From: the human T2T-CHM13v2.0 reference genome, Homo sapiens
Reading direction: 5' to 3' (one strand)
NCBI RefSeq assembly: GCF_009914755.1
Contig: NC_060925.1
Length of the DNA: 64,000 nt
This document shows, in pieces, positions 47,436-64,000 of this stretch. Position 1 is the stretch's first letter. Every line of letters starts with the position of its first letter. The position numbers and the translations under genes are program-made. The notes beneath the pieces are model-generated. The model was not told the origin of the DNA, ran no database searches, and saw nothing but the letters and a program-made list of their open reading frames with translations.

Positions 47436-47815
47436 TAATTAGTTAGATTTTCTGACTAGATGAGGTAGCACACTGCTTTAATGGACGTTTTTGGGAATTG
47501 AACTTCTAAGATGTCCGGGTAGATCATATTGAGCACCCATCGTGCCAGGCACTCCTCAGGAATCATGTCTGTGATCATGGTCTTTTGTTAGACCTGTGTC
47601 TATACTTGTCACCAGGGCCAGCTTCACAGGCATGTGACTGCAGGCAGAGGTGCCCCACGCTTGGTTTAATGCTCTGCTGTTGCTGTCTTGAAATTCTTAA
47701 TACATTTGAACAAGGTAGCCTGCATATTCATTTGTCATGGGGCCCTGAACATTCTGTAGCTGGTCTTGGTTGTCATTGACTTTTTCTGTGTGGGTGGATA
47801 TATGCCTGGGTAGAT

Positions 47816-48439
<624 letters not shown>

Positions 48440-48927
48440 TGATCCACCCGCCTCAGCCTCCCAAAGTCCTGGGATTACAGGCGTGAGCCACTGCGCCTGG
48501 CCTATTTATTTTTTATTTAATTTTTTTGAGATGGAATTTTGCTCGTCGCCCAGGCTGGAGTGCAGTGGCACAATCAAGTTCTGGGGTATATGGGCTGGAT
48601 GTGTAAGTTTGTTACATAGGTAAGCGTGTACCGTGGTGGTTTGCTGCACCTATCAACCCATCACTTAGTAACTGAGTCCAGCATGCATTAGCTATTTTTC
48701 TTAATGCTCTCCCTACCCGCTGCATGGCTGATTTTGAAAACTTTTTTTTTTTGAGACAAGGTCTTGCTATGTCACCCAGGCTAGAGTGCAGGAGTGCAGT
48801 GGCGTGATCACGGCTCACTTGCAGCCTCGACCTTTCGGGCTCAAGTGATCCTCCCACCTCAGCCTTCTAAGTATCTGTGACCACAGGTGTTGCCACCATG
48901 CCTGGCTAATTCTTTTATTATTTGTAG

Positions 48928-49053
<126 letters not shown>

Positions 49054-49174
49054 TAGATAACTCATTTTCCTTCATCAAATCTTTTTTTGTTGTTGGGGTA
49101 GTAATTAGAAATATTAGATTTTTTTTAAAAAAAAAGACAGGATTTTTGACACATAAACATTTATTTCCATATTC

Positions 49175-50188
<1,014 letters not shown>

Positions 50189-50663
50189 TAGTTTAGGGAA
50201 ACATGAATAAAGCATCTTTTGGCTTGAAATGTTATGATTAGAATGGGTTGTGAGTGGGAGAATTTTAATGAATGCCAATTGGAACAAATGCTTGTGAAAA
50301 TGTCTCGTAGGCCACCTTTTCATCATTTTTTCTTTTCTTTTCTTTTCTTTTCTTTCCTTCTTTTTCTTTTCTTTCCTTTCTTTATTCTGAGACAAGATCT
50401 CACTGTTTCCCAGGCTGGAGTGCACTGGCAGCATCATAGCTCACTGTAGCCTTGAACTCCTGGGCTCCGGTGATCCTCCTGTCTTAGCCTCCTGAGTAGC
50501 TAGGACTACAGGCGTGTGCTGCCACACCCAGCTAATTTAAAAAATTTTTTTTGTAGCGATGGGGTCTCGTTATGTTGCCCAAGCTGGTTTCCAACTCCTG
50601 GCTTCAAGCCTTCCTCCACCACACCCAGCCAACATGGGGCAAAAGTTACCAGAATCAGTTTTA

Positions 50664-50930
<267 letters not shown>

Positions 50931-52494
50931 TCACTGCATTCCAGCCTGGATGACAGAGTAAGACTCTGTCTCAAAAAAACAAAACAAAACAAAACAAAAC
51001 CAGAAGTAGAAGTAGTAGATGCTTAGTCATCTACGTTAATCTTGTCTGTTGAACCAAGTAGGATCAAAGATGAGAATGGAGACCATACCATCCACTTCTA
51101 TCCCCTGGGATGTTTTTGGTTATAAAGGGCATAAAGTTTCTGCAGCAGGAAACCTTCTTTAAATAACAGAATGCAGTTAAAATTATTCTACACTCAGCAT
51201 GTTTCTCTGCCATGTAATGTTTGGCAGTTTTAGGCTCTTGATCTTTTTGGTTTCTCTTGCTCCTAATTTCACAATTAGATGACACGTGAGATGCTTTTTA
51301 GTGCTTTTGTACACACTCGTATTATTTAGATAAAGCAGAACCCTACACAAAGGGGAAACTGAGCCTAAGAGGAAGATTAAAAGAGCAAAGGGATGGAGAA
51401 AACTGCTAGGCTGAAATTATTTTTTTAAAAAAGACTATTTACTGTGTGTCAAGTAAACACTTTTCATTTGTTCAGCAAATATTTACCGAGTGCTCTCTGG
51501 GAGTTAGGTACTGTCATAGTTGCTGGGAATACAGCGGTGAATAAACTAGACCAAATCCCTGCTCTCTTGGAGCTTGTATTGTACTGGGTGGGGATAAACT
51601 ATAAGCTGATAAATACATACTAATTCTAGTTGTTTGTTATATTACCTTTATTTCTGATGACTATTTTATAAGATAAGAAATATTTTGTCACTTTCTTATA
51701 AATGGGGAAATCGAGGCTCAGAGAGATAACCCAGCTGGAAACAGGTGCAGCTGGGATCCTGGCCAGCGCTAGCTACGCGATTGCTCATTGTGTAGAGGGC
51801 TTGAGAAGATGGGGCCTGGGGTAGCACTTCACTCACCCATTGCACATGGTCTGGTCTCTGTTTCACTTTCAGGTGGACTGCTTCATTCATTTATTCATGA
51901 GACAAGGCCTCACTCTGCCACCCAGGCTGGAGTGCAGTGGCACATTCATGGCTCACTGCAGCCTCAGCCTCCCCAGCCCACCTCAGCCTCCTGAGTAGCT
52001 GGGACTACAGGCATGTGCCACCACACCTGGCTCATTTTTGTATTTTTTTTTTTCTGTAGAGATGGGGTTTTGCCACACTGATCTTGAATTCCTGGGCTCT
52101 GGTGATTGGCCCGCCTCAGCCTTCCAAAATGCTGGGATTACAGGTGTGAGCCACCACACCTGGCCCCTTATTATTCTAATTTGAAGTAATAATATTAATA
52201 TTTTAAGTATTATGGGTGACTTAAGAAAACACTTTAATTAGGCAGTTTTATGCCTTTGGTCCTTAGTTCTCACCAGCTGGCAGAATGGGGTTAGGCGTGT
52301 TTAACGTTCTTCATGTTATCAATTAGATGCAAAAAACACAATTAACAATTTTTGTTACAGTTTATAAAATTCCTTGTATTTTAAAAAAGATATAATTACT
52401 GCCTGGCTTTGGAGAATTAAAGGGTCGCAACCTTTTTTTTCTCCCTGAGAAAATACCATTTACAGTCTTTTCTCTTTTTTTTTTTTTTTTTTGA

Positions 52495-52641
<147 letters not shown>

Positions 52642-53985
52642 TAGAGATGGAGTCTTGCTGTGTTCCCCAGGCTGGTTTCTAACTGCTGAGCTCAAGCAGT
52701 CCTCCCCAGGGAGGTTGAGGCTGCAGTGAGTTGAAATCGTGTTACTGTACTCCAACCTGGCTGACAGAACAAGACCCTGTCTCACAGAAAAAAAAAAAAA
52801 AGAAAGAAAAAAGAAAAATGTATTTTGCTAGTAATTGCTAGAAGTTGGCCTTTGTAAGTATTTTGTGCTTTATTTTTGAGATATTTACTCACCTGGGAAA
52901 GTTCTCAAGGAGGAGGAAGGTGACTTGCCTTGCCTGCATTCCGGTGGCAGGGAAGCAAGCATGGGAGGCAGTGGAGGGTATGTAGGTAAAGAGAGGAGAA
53001 GGAACAGCTGGACTGTCGGATGTGGGGTGACCTTCTCAGGTCATGTCCACACAAGGACTCTTGTGAGAGTAAAAGGGTCTCTGTTACAATTAAAGTGGGA
53101 GTGCCAGGAGTACCCTGGGCTGAGGCCAGGAGCCGACATGGATGATCCCCTTCTAGAGGTGACGTGTTTGAGCTGTAGCGGAGTGCTTGGGTAAAAGCAC
53201 TAGATACTTTAGGGTTTTGATTTGGGAGTAAGTCCTGGACATAGTCATGATATTCTTTGGAGAAGAAATGTGGTTAATCAATCAAGCTTTTTGTAACTGT
53301 TGAGTAAACATTTTTTGAGTTGGATAAGTAACCTGGAAAGTGAAGCAGAAAATGATTGGAAAAATGAGATTGCAGGGTGACCGTGCCATTCTACCCCCGT
53401 CTGTTTCCACTCTGTCATATTCATCCTGTAACATTTCTCTATTGCTTGGAAGCCTTGGTACTTTACTTGTTAGTGCAGACTTAGGGAAGCTGGCCTCACT
53501 GAGCTGTTAGGTTTATATGTGTTAAAACTTGTGCTGGAGAAAGTGCACAGGAGCCAGGCAGTGAGGCATGGGGTGCTGGGTGGTGGGCCAGGGGCACTAG
53601 AAGCTGGGCATGGGGTACAGAGCTGGGGGAGTGGTGTGCACTGGGAGCCAGGCAGTGGGGACTCTGGAATCACAGTGACCACAGTCAGTGCTGCATCCTG
53701 AGCCCACCAGCTGCCGCCTGCAGGTGGGCAAGGGTGCCTGGCACCTGGAGAAGCACTTCAGCGGCTGGTGTGACACTGACCTGAGCCTTCTGGGAGGCAC
53801 TGAGAAATGCTGGCTGTGATTTTGACATCTGTGTCACCTCAGGGCGGAAGACAGCAATGCCGACCCCCTGGACAGTATTGGATGCCACTGACCAGATGTG
53901 GCTCCCAGTAGTGATGACTTGGTGCACCTCCTGGAGTGGCACTATAAGGGTCTGACTGGCCTCAACAAAGCAGAAGCTGTTGTCA

Positions 53986-54304
<319 letters not shown>

Positions 54305-55209
54305 AAAGATCTTGATGCCTCTGATGGAGCTGAACATTTATTATACAGCAACAGCAGCAAGGATTGCTGGTGGGCAGACTACACTGTAGGGCACCTGCTC
54401 TTCTGTAAGAGTCTGAAGGACACTATTGTCAGAGCTCTGCCCTTTTGGAATGAAGAAATAATTCCCCAGATCCAGGAGGGGAAACAGGTGTTGGTTGAGG
54501 CTCCTGGCAGCAGCTTTTCTGGCACAGTCGAGCCTTGGGAGGCTCTCCCGGAAGGGGCCATCATGGAGCTGAGCCTGCCCACTGGTATTCCCATTGTCTA
54601 TGAATTGAACAGGAGGAGCTTGAAGCCCATTGAGCTCATGCAGTTCCCAGGAGACGAAGAGGCTGTGCATAAAGCCATGGAAGCGTGGCTGCTTAGGGCA
54701 AGGCCGAGGCGTGAAGGGCGGCAGCCGATCCCTATCCTGACAACACCCTCCCAGTCTGCCCCATTCCTCTATGCCTCTCACCTCCACGTGTCACAGTGAC
54801 CACAGCTGTAGGCATCCGAAGTTGTTGAGCGTATCTGGAGGCTCCCATTTTAATTTTAGGCATTTTTTTTTCCACTCCTTTCACACAATCAGAATGGCAC
54901 CTCTGGGGCATAGGTCTTCAGCCCAAGCCAAGGGAAGGCTTCTTCTACCCAGGAGAGCTGAGGGGTGGCAACTCTGGGGTCTTTGCTAGTGCTTTGTTTA
55001 CTTGTTTACTAAGACCCTGCTTGAGTAGGGGATGTGGAGGAACCATGCTAAGGCATGACCAATGAGGAGAAGCAAGAGAGCCTGTTTGTATTCCTGGGAG
55101 CCAGTCCTGTTCTATTCAGTCGTCAGGTCCCTGTGTGTGTGTGGAGGGGGTTGGGAAAGGTTGGGGGTAGATGAATGTAACCTACATGGTGATTTAAAAC
55201 AAGCAACTA

Positions 55210-55560
55210 CAGTCATGCATCACTTAATGACAGGGATACGTTCTGAGAAACGCATCATTATGTGAACACTATAGGGTATAGTTACACAAACTTAGATGGC
55301 ATAGCCTATTCCACACGTAGGCTCTATAGTATAACTCCTTGGATACTTACGGTATGGCCTAGGTATTGCTCCTGGGCTACAAACCTGTACTGCATGTAAC
55401 TATACTGAATCCTGTGGGCAGTTGTACAATAACAGTGAGTTTTTGTGTATCTAAACATAGAAAAGGAACAGTAAAAATATGGTATTATAATCTTACCGGA
55501 CCACCAGTAAGATCTGGTGATCTGACATTGACTGAAATGTCGTTATGCAGCCCATGACTG
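55210..55560. mobile_element. Tigger3a (MER7A)-like element in the pseudogene 3' UTR
   Basis: TIR CAGTCATG...CATGACTG with TA on both sides; ttgctcctgggctacaaacctgtac core. Confidence 0.88.
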
Positions 55561-56984
55561 TATTTCCTCTCTGACTTCCCCAGGAGAGCTGGTTCCAGAA
55601 GGTTCGGATGAGTCCTGAATGTTTATGTATGGCATTTTCCTTTACCAAAACAAAACAAAAGAAAATAAAAACCTTTCTGGGGTTCTAGTAGCCATTGAAG
55701 TACTCCTAAGTGTGGTCATCAGAAAATAAGCCATTCTTTAACACCTTGACTTCTAACGGTAGAGGTTCATTTTGCTGTGTATTTTAGAATCCCTAGTGAG
55801 CTAGTGAGATTCTGGACAATTTTTTTTTTTTTGGAGCCAGTCTCACTCTGTTGCCTAGGCTAGAGTGCAGTGGTGCAATTGTAGCTCACTAGGCTCAAGT
55901 GATCCTCCTGCCTCAGCCTCCTGAGTAGTTACGACTACAGGCACGTGCCACCATGCCCAGCTAATTTTTAAAATTTTTTTGTAGAGAAGTCATCTTACTA
56001 TGCTGCTCAGGCCGGTCTTGAGCTCCTGGCCTCAAATGATCCTCCCACCTTGGCTTCCCAAAATGCTAGGATTACAGGTGTAAGCCACCGCAAGAGTTTG
56101 TTTCCACCTTCTGTTTTCTGTTTTTTTTTTTATCTCAAAAGACAACAAGATATAAATGAGATGCATTAATGCAGCATACTGCAAACCTACGGCATACTTA
56201 CTTGTAGAATTTGTAGTACTGGAATCCACCCTTTAATAACGAGGTGTAAAAGGGAGCTATCAGAAGAGAGGAACAGACAACTGGCCACATTTCTGTAATT
56301 GTGCAAAACAAGTTTGTTTGTTTTTTTGTGAGACAGAGTCCCTGTCACCCAGGCTGGAGTGCAAGTGGCATGATTTTGGCCCACTACAACCTCCGTTTCC
56401 TGGGTTTAAGCAATTCTCCTGCCTCAGCCTACCAAGTAGCTGGGATTACAGGCATGCACCACCACGCCCAGCTAATCTTTTATATTTTTTATTAGAGACG
56501 GGGTTTCACCATCTTGACCAGACTAGTCTGGAACTCCTGGCCTCAGGTAATCCGCCTGCTTCCCAAAGTGCTGGTATTACAGGGGTGAGCCACCGCACTT
56601 GGCCCTGAGCAAGTTTTTATGGAGGATTGAGTGAAGGGCATTGCCTGGGAGAGTCATCTTTTAAGATTTTTTGGGGTAAGGGATCTCCTTGAAAATCTTG
56701 AGGGAATTGAAGGTCCTCCTGGCCTTCATGGGTCCCAGGATTTGGACCCCTGCCCCAGGTATTCTCAACTCTACCCAGAAATCAAGCCGCACCAGCAAAG
56801 CTGATGCTTGGATCTCTTCATTTGGGCTACTCTCAAACTTTTTCCTTTGAATCTTGTTTTGCCATTAAGCATCTGCTGATGTTGAGGAGTGTTGTCAGTT
56901 ACTTACTGTGTTGCTATACGTGTGTAGTGTGTGCTGATCTCACTCCTGGCTTTATCTTCTTTTTTCTTTTTTTTTTTTTTTTGA

Positions 56985-57242
<258 letters not shown>

Positions 57243-57336
57243 TGAGCCACCACACCCGGCCCTATTTTTTCTACCATCATTTTGCTTGTGTCCTAATTTC
57301 CTTATCTCTTTGAATTAAACTTGTTAATTTAATTAA

Positions 57337-57669
<333 letters not shown>

Positions 57670-57850
57670 TAATGCATTTTTTGTTAATCACTTTAAATCT
57701 TTCCTAGAACAAGAAAATAATGATAGTGAGGCCAGGTGCGGTGGCTCACGCCTGTAATCCCAGCATTTTGGGTGAGTGAGGCAAGTGGATCACCTGAGGT
57801 CAGGAGTTCAAGACCAGCCTGACCAACATGGCCAAACCCCATCTTTACTA

Positions 57851-58009
<159 letters not shown>

Positions 58010-58012
58010 TCA

Positions 58013-58408
<396 letters not shown>

Positions 58409-58856
58409 CTAATCATAACCCATCTTCTTAAAATCTCCTTCTGTATTTTCAATTTTAGGGTATTTTACCATTCATTTAGGTATCCAGGCCTGAAATCTAG
58501 ATTATTCTTCTTCCTCACTTTTTACTTCCAAATAACAGCCAAGTTCTGTTGGGAACACAGATCAAGTATCTCCAGAGCTGTCCCTTTCCTATGCCCATTG
58601 CGCAGGCTTGCTTGTGGCCTGCCTCCATTCGTTCTCCACACAGTAGCTAGAGTGATTTGTTTTAAAAGGTACATCTGGGCCGGGTGAGGTGGCTAATGCC
58701 TGTAATTCCAACACTTTGGGAGGCCAAGTCAGGCGGATCACTTGAGGTCGTCAGGAGTTTGAGACCAGCCTGGCCAACATGGTGAAACCCCGTCTCTACT
58801 AAAAATACAAAAATTAGCTGGGTGTGGTGGCGGGTGCCTGTAATCCCAGCCACTCA

Positions 58857-59153
<297 letters not shown>

Positions 59154-59838
59154 CTACTCAGCGTTCCCTAAACAGTGTGTGTGCTCACAAAGCCTCCCAA
59201 TCTCTGCCGGCGCTCCTTTGTTCCTCGTCTGCCTAACCCCTACCTGTCCTGAAAAAGAAACTTAAGTCAAGTAGTAAGCACATAGCATTTGTATGTGGTT
59301 CGATTTTCAAAATTGCTCTCTGGGATGATTCAGTTATTACATGAATATACAGTTAGTGTAAATGAATTTGAATCCTGAAAACCTAATATAAGATGGTGAA
59401 AAAAAGGTGATACTCTATGCACAAGCAAACTGCTGATCGCATCTCCGAGGAATTGTAGTATTTCTATGCATACGTGCAGTAAGTAATAGAACATCTTATT
59501 GAGCTTAAGCCAAAAATGGGATTTATTTTAAGGATACAGGAGTCTTCTTTCTGAACCTAGGGATAGAAAGATAGCTGGGTCACAGGAAGAGACTGGAATC
59601 AAGAATCCAGGTGCTGCCAGGGCTTCCTGTGTCTGCATCATTATCATTACCCTTCAGTTCCACTCTCTATCACCTCGTCTCTTTGTCACTTCCTTTTCCT
59701 CTCTCAACAGCCCTGGCTAGTCCATCTCTGTGCCTACTGTGTACTGCTGTACATGGCTAGAGAAAAAAACAAAAGCCATGCTGGTGGGTCTAACTTTTCC
59801 CTCAACTTTCTATTCTGGACTTTTTTTTTTTTTTTTAG

Positions 59839-60021
<183 letters not shown>

Positions 60022-61075
60022 TGACCAGACTGGTCTTGAACTCCTGACCTCAAGTGATCCACCCGCCTGGCCTCCCAAAGTGCTGGGATTAAAGGTGTGA
60101 GCCACCGCGCCTGGCCCTAAAAATTTTTAAATCTGCAGAAAATTTGAATGACTCACCTAGATTCATCAGTTTATTTTTTGTTACATTCACTTTGTCTGTA
60201 TATAAATGTGTGTATATACATCTATACACCCACACATACTTGTTGGTTTTGGCTGAACTATTTGAAAGTATGGAGAACCACTAAAGCAGATGGGAACTAG
60301 GAGGAAGGAAGGGAAGGCTTCATTGAGAAGGTAACATTTGAGCAAAGATCCAGGTCAGGGAGCAGGATATAGAGCAGTTATGGGGCAAGTGGCGGGAGGA
60401 GCATGCGGGGGAGGAAGGCACAGCTCCACAATAAGCAACCACCAGTGCCCAGCTGTGTGTTGAAGGAAGAGGAGACCGCTGTACTTCACTGTATTGTTGT
60501 CCACATATTCACCACCCCTGTCTGGGGAAGGTTCTATTTCCCCACGCTGCGGGGGTAGTTTCGGCCCTGTGACTGTTTTGGCCAGTTAAATGTGAACACA
60601 ATTGAATGTGTCACCGCTGGGCCAGTGTGGAGTTTGCTCTGCCTCTTGCCCTTTGCCTGGGCGATTGCTAGTGTTCCCATTAGAGGCTGCTCTTTCACCC
60701 TGGGTCTTGGAGTGAAGACGTTATGGAGCAGGGCTACACTTTCATCTGAATGTTTTCCCACGGTAGATGTAGTGGGAAATAATAATGGTTTTCATTCTTT
60801 TCATCAGAAATTCTGTGAAAGAAGAAAGATGAGGAAAAATGGAAATTTACTGTGTCATTGCCATTTGCATTTATGTATAATTTGCACTAATAATAATGTT
60901 CATTATAATGTAAATCTACATCCTTTTAAAAAATAAATGGAATCATTATGTGTACCCTTTTGCAACCGGCTTTTTCAATTCAATTTTTTAAAAAATGGAA
61001 AATACACATAACATAAAAATATGCCTCATTTTAAAAGCAGTAGATATCGAAGTGAATATAACATATATCATTGTT

Positions 61076-61195
61076 CCCCTCCCTCCCTCCCCCCCTCCTT
61101 CCCTCCCCCACTCCTTCCCTCTCTCCCTCTCTACCTTCGTACCTCCCTCCCTTTGTACCTCCCTCCCTCTCTCCCTTCCTACCTTCCTTCCCTTT
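61076..61195. repeat. C/T-rich low-complexity tract at an Alu tail
   Basis: Degenerate (CCCT)n/(CCTT)n, almost purely pyrimidine. Confidence 0.9.
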
Positions 61196-61676
61196 TGTTT
61201 CTATTTAGAGGCAGGGTCTCACTCTGACACCCCGGCTGGAGTGCAGTGGTATAATCATAGCTCGCTTCAGCCTTGACCTCCTGCCTCAGTCTCCCTAGTA
61301 GCTGGCACTACACATCGTGTGTGCCACCATGCCCAGCTAATTTTTTATTTTTTGTGGGATTGGGGGGGGAGGGGGTCTTGCCATGTTCCCCAGGCTGGTT
61401 TTGAACTTGTGGGCTCAAGTGATCCCCCTGCCTCAGCCTCCCAGAGTGCTGAGATTACAGGTGTGAGCCACCACATCTGACCATGAATTTTTTTTTTAAG
61501 GAAACTGATGAATTTTAGATCACAGAGCTGTGATGTTTGGATGTAAATGCATTTTTTGGAGAAACATTGTTGGGCTTAGATTAGGCCTACTGTGAAATTG
61601 TCATAGCATTTAATAAGTTTCAAACATGGCCAGCTGTGAAAAAAGAAAATAAAACCAATAATAATACTAGGAGTTA

Positions 61677-61979
<303 letters not shown>

Positions 61980-62746
61980 CTAGGAGTTATTGTCATCTTT
62001 CCAAGGAGACTACCCCAAAGAGAAAGTATTTCCAATTATTTTTCTTTATATTGGAATTCACTTTTTTTTAAAGTAGAAAAGTAAGACACTTTTGTAGAAT
62101 GACTGTTTATTAAACTTATAACAGTGTTTTGTGGGTGTTTTTCCCCACAAACTGCTAAAAATAAGAGGAACAGTTTGGCCCATCCTGTCTTAGCTTCTGC
62201 CTGCAATCACAATGGCCTTCACTGTTTTGAATCTATTTTTAGTTCATCAGGAACGTGAGGGTGGGAAGTGCTGCGTCATATAACAGATTAGGAGAAAGCC
62301 CTATTTTAATGTCGTTTGTGAAATAAGAACTGAAACAGACAAGAAAAACTCTAGGAATGAGATTTCATGATTAGTATGTGTGGCTTTGAGTTGTGGTTTA
62401 GGACACAAATTGAGGAATTGGAAGTTCTTTATACTTTTTTTTTTCTCTGTGAGATAGGGGAAAACAAAATTCTCTTAAAAAAGGACTTTTGTTTAACTTA
62501 AAGGAGATTATGCCAGTCCTTTGGGTTAATGTTAAAAAAGTCAAGTAAACAATGAGAAAAATGTTTAATCATATTTTGGTGTGTTGTGACTATTTTTTGG
62601 TGTGTATCTCATATGTTCTGTTTGTGATAAAAAGTGAGGTTGCATCTCTTAGTAGTCAAATTAATTAGATACACTTTTTTTTTTTTTTGAGACCCGGCTC
62701 TCACCGGGTTGCACAGACTGGATTTTATGGCTCTCTGCAGCCTTGA

Positions 62747-62962
<216 letters not shown>

Positions 62963-63065
62963 TAGTAGAGACAGGGTTTCACCGTGTTAACCAGGATGGT
63001 CTCGATCTCCTGACCTTGTGATCCGCCCACCTCAGCCTCCCAAAGTGCTGGGATTACAGGGGTGA

Positions 63066-63314
<249 letters not shown>

Positions 63315-64000
63315 TGAAGTGATCCCACCTACCTTGGCCTCCCAAAATGCTGGGATTACGAGCATGAGCCACTGCACCTGGCACAGTTTTCTTTTCTTTT
63401 TTCTTTTTCTTTTTTTTTTTTGAGCAGGAGTCTCGCTCTGTTGCCCAGGCTGGAGTGCAGTGGTGCGATCTCGGCTCACTGTGACCTCCTCCTCCCGGGT
63501 TGAAGTGATTCTCCTGCCGCGGCCTCCTCAGTAGCTGGGATTATGGGCGCGTGCCACCATACCTGGCTAATTTTTGGTATTTTTAGTAGAGATGGGGTTT
63601 CCCCGTGTTAGTCGGGCTGGTCTCGAACTCCTGACCTCGGGCCATCTGCCTGCCTTGGCCTCCCAAAGTGCTGGGATTACAGGCATGAGCCACTGTGCCC
63701 GGCCAGTTTTTGTATTTTTAGTAGAGCCGGTGTTTCTCCATGTTGCCCAGGCTGGAGGTAAACCTTTATACCTGTGATTGCACAAAGCCATTCTCTTGTG
63801 AGTCCCCTATCCAGATATTCCCAGGGCCTCAGGTTGCTAAACCAGTTCAAAGTTAACACCAGTGTAGAAGGCATTCAGACCACCCAAGGGCATTATCCTC
63901 TACTGAGAGCCCTGCTGTGGGCAGCCCAGAACGCTGCCCCCTGCATGGCTCTTCCTAAATTTTCCAGCGGATCTTTAAGATGGGGCAAAATGTATTCTCC

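Noticed and set aside
50270-50320. Weak resemblance to the RPL21 N-terminus (RHFHKH vs RPFRKH) on the - strand
   Set aside because: Too short and diverged, and separated from the pseudogene by unrelated sequence.

Overview
Human genomic DNA, very Alu-rich; gene content matches 1p36.22 (RBP7-UBE4B). The + strand carries the last three coding exons of RBP7 (2622-2800, 3226-3327, 10836-10886; poly(A) signal 11056-11061). It also carries the UBE4B CpG-island promoter, long 5' leader, first coding exon (MEELSADE, 28725-28748) and about 35 kb of intron 1. That intron holds processed pseudogenes of RPL21 (-) and PGAM1 (+). Other elements are an SVA, nested ERV LTRs, an L1MB remnant and several DNA transposons. 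Almost all ORFs in the track are Alu/SVA artefacts. The main unexplained structure lies in the non-repeat islands between RBP7 and UBE4B. On the - strand they form seven AG..GT-bounded segments (22401 to 15534) with matching intron phases. These splice into a ~240-codon frame with 4 internal stops and 2 frameshifts. I infer a decayed multi-exon gene (candidate unitary pseudogene), head-to-head with UBE4B, whose protein I cannot assign to a family. Repeat-family and pseudogene names are from recall, not database searches.
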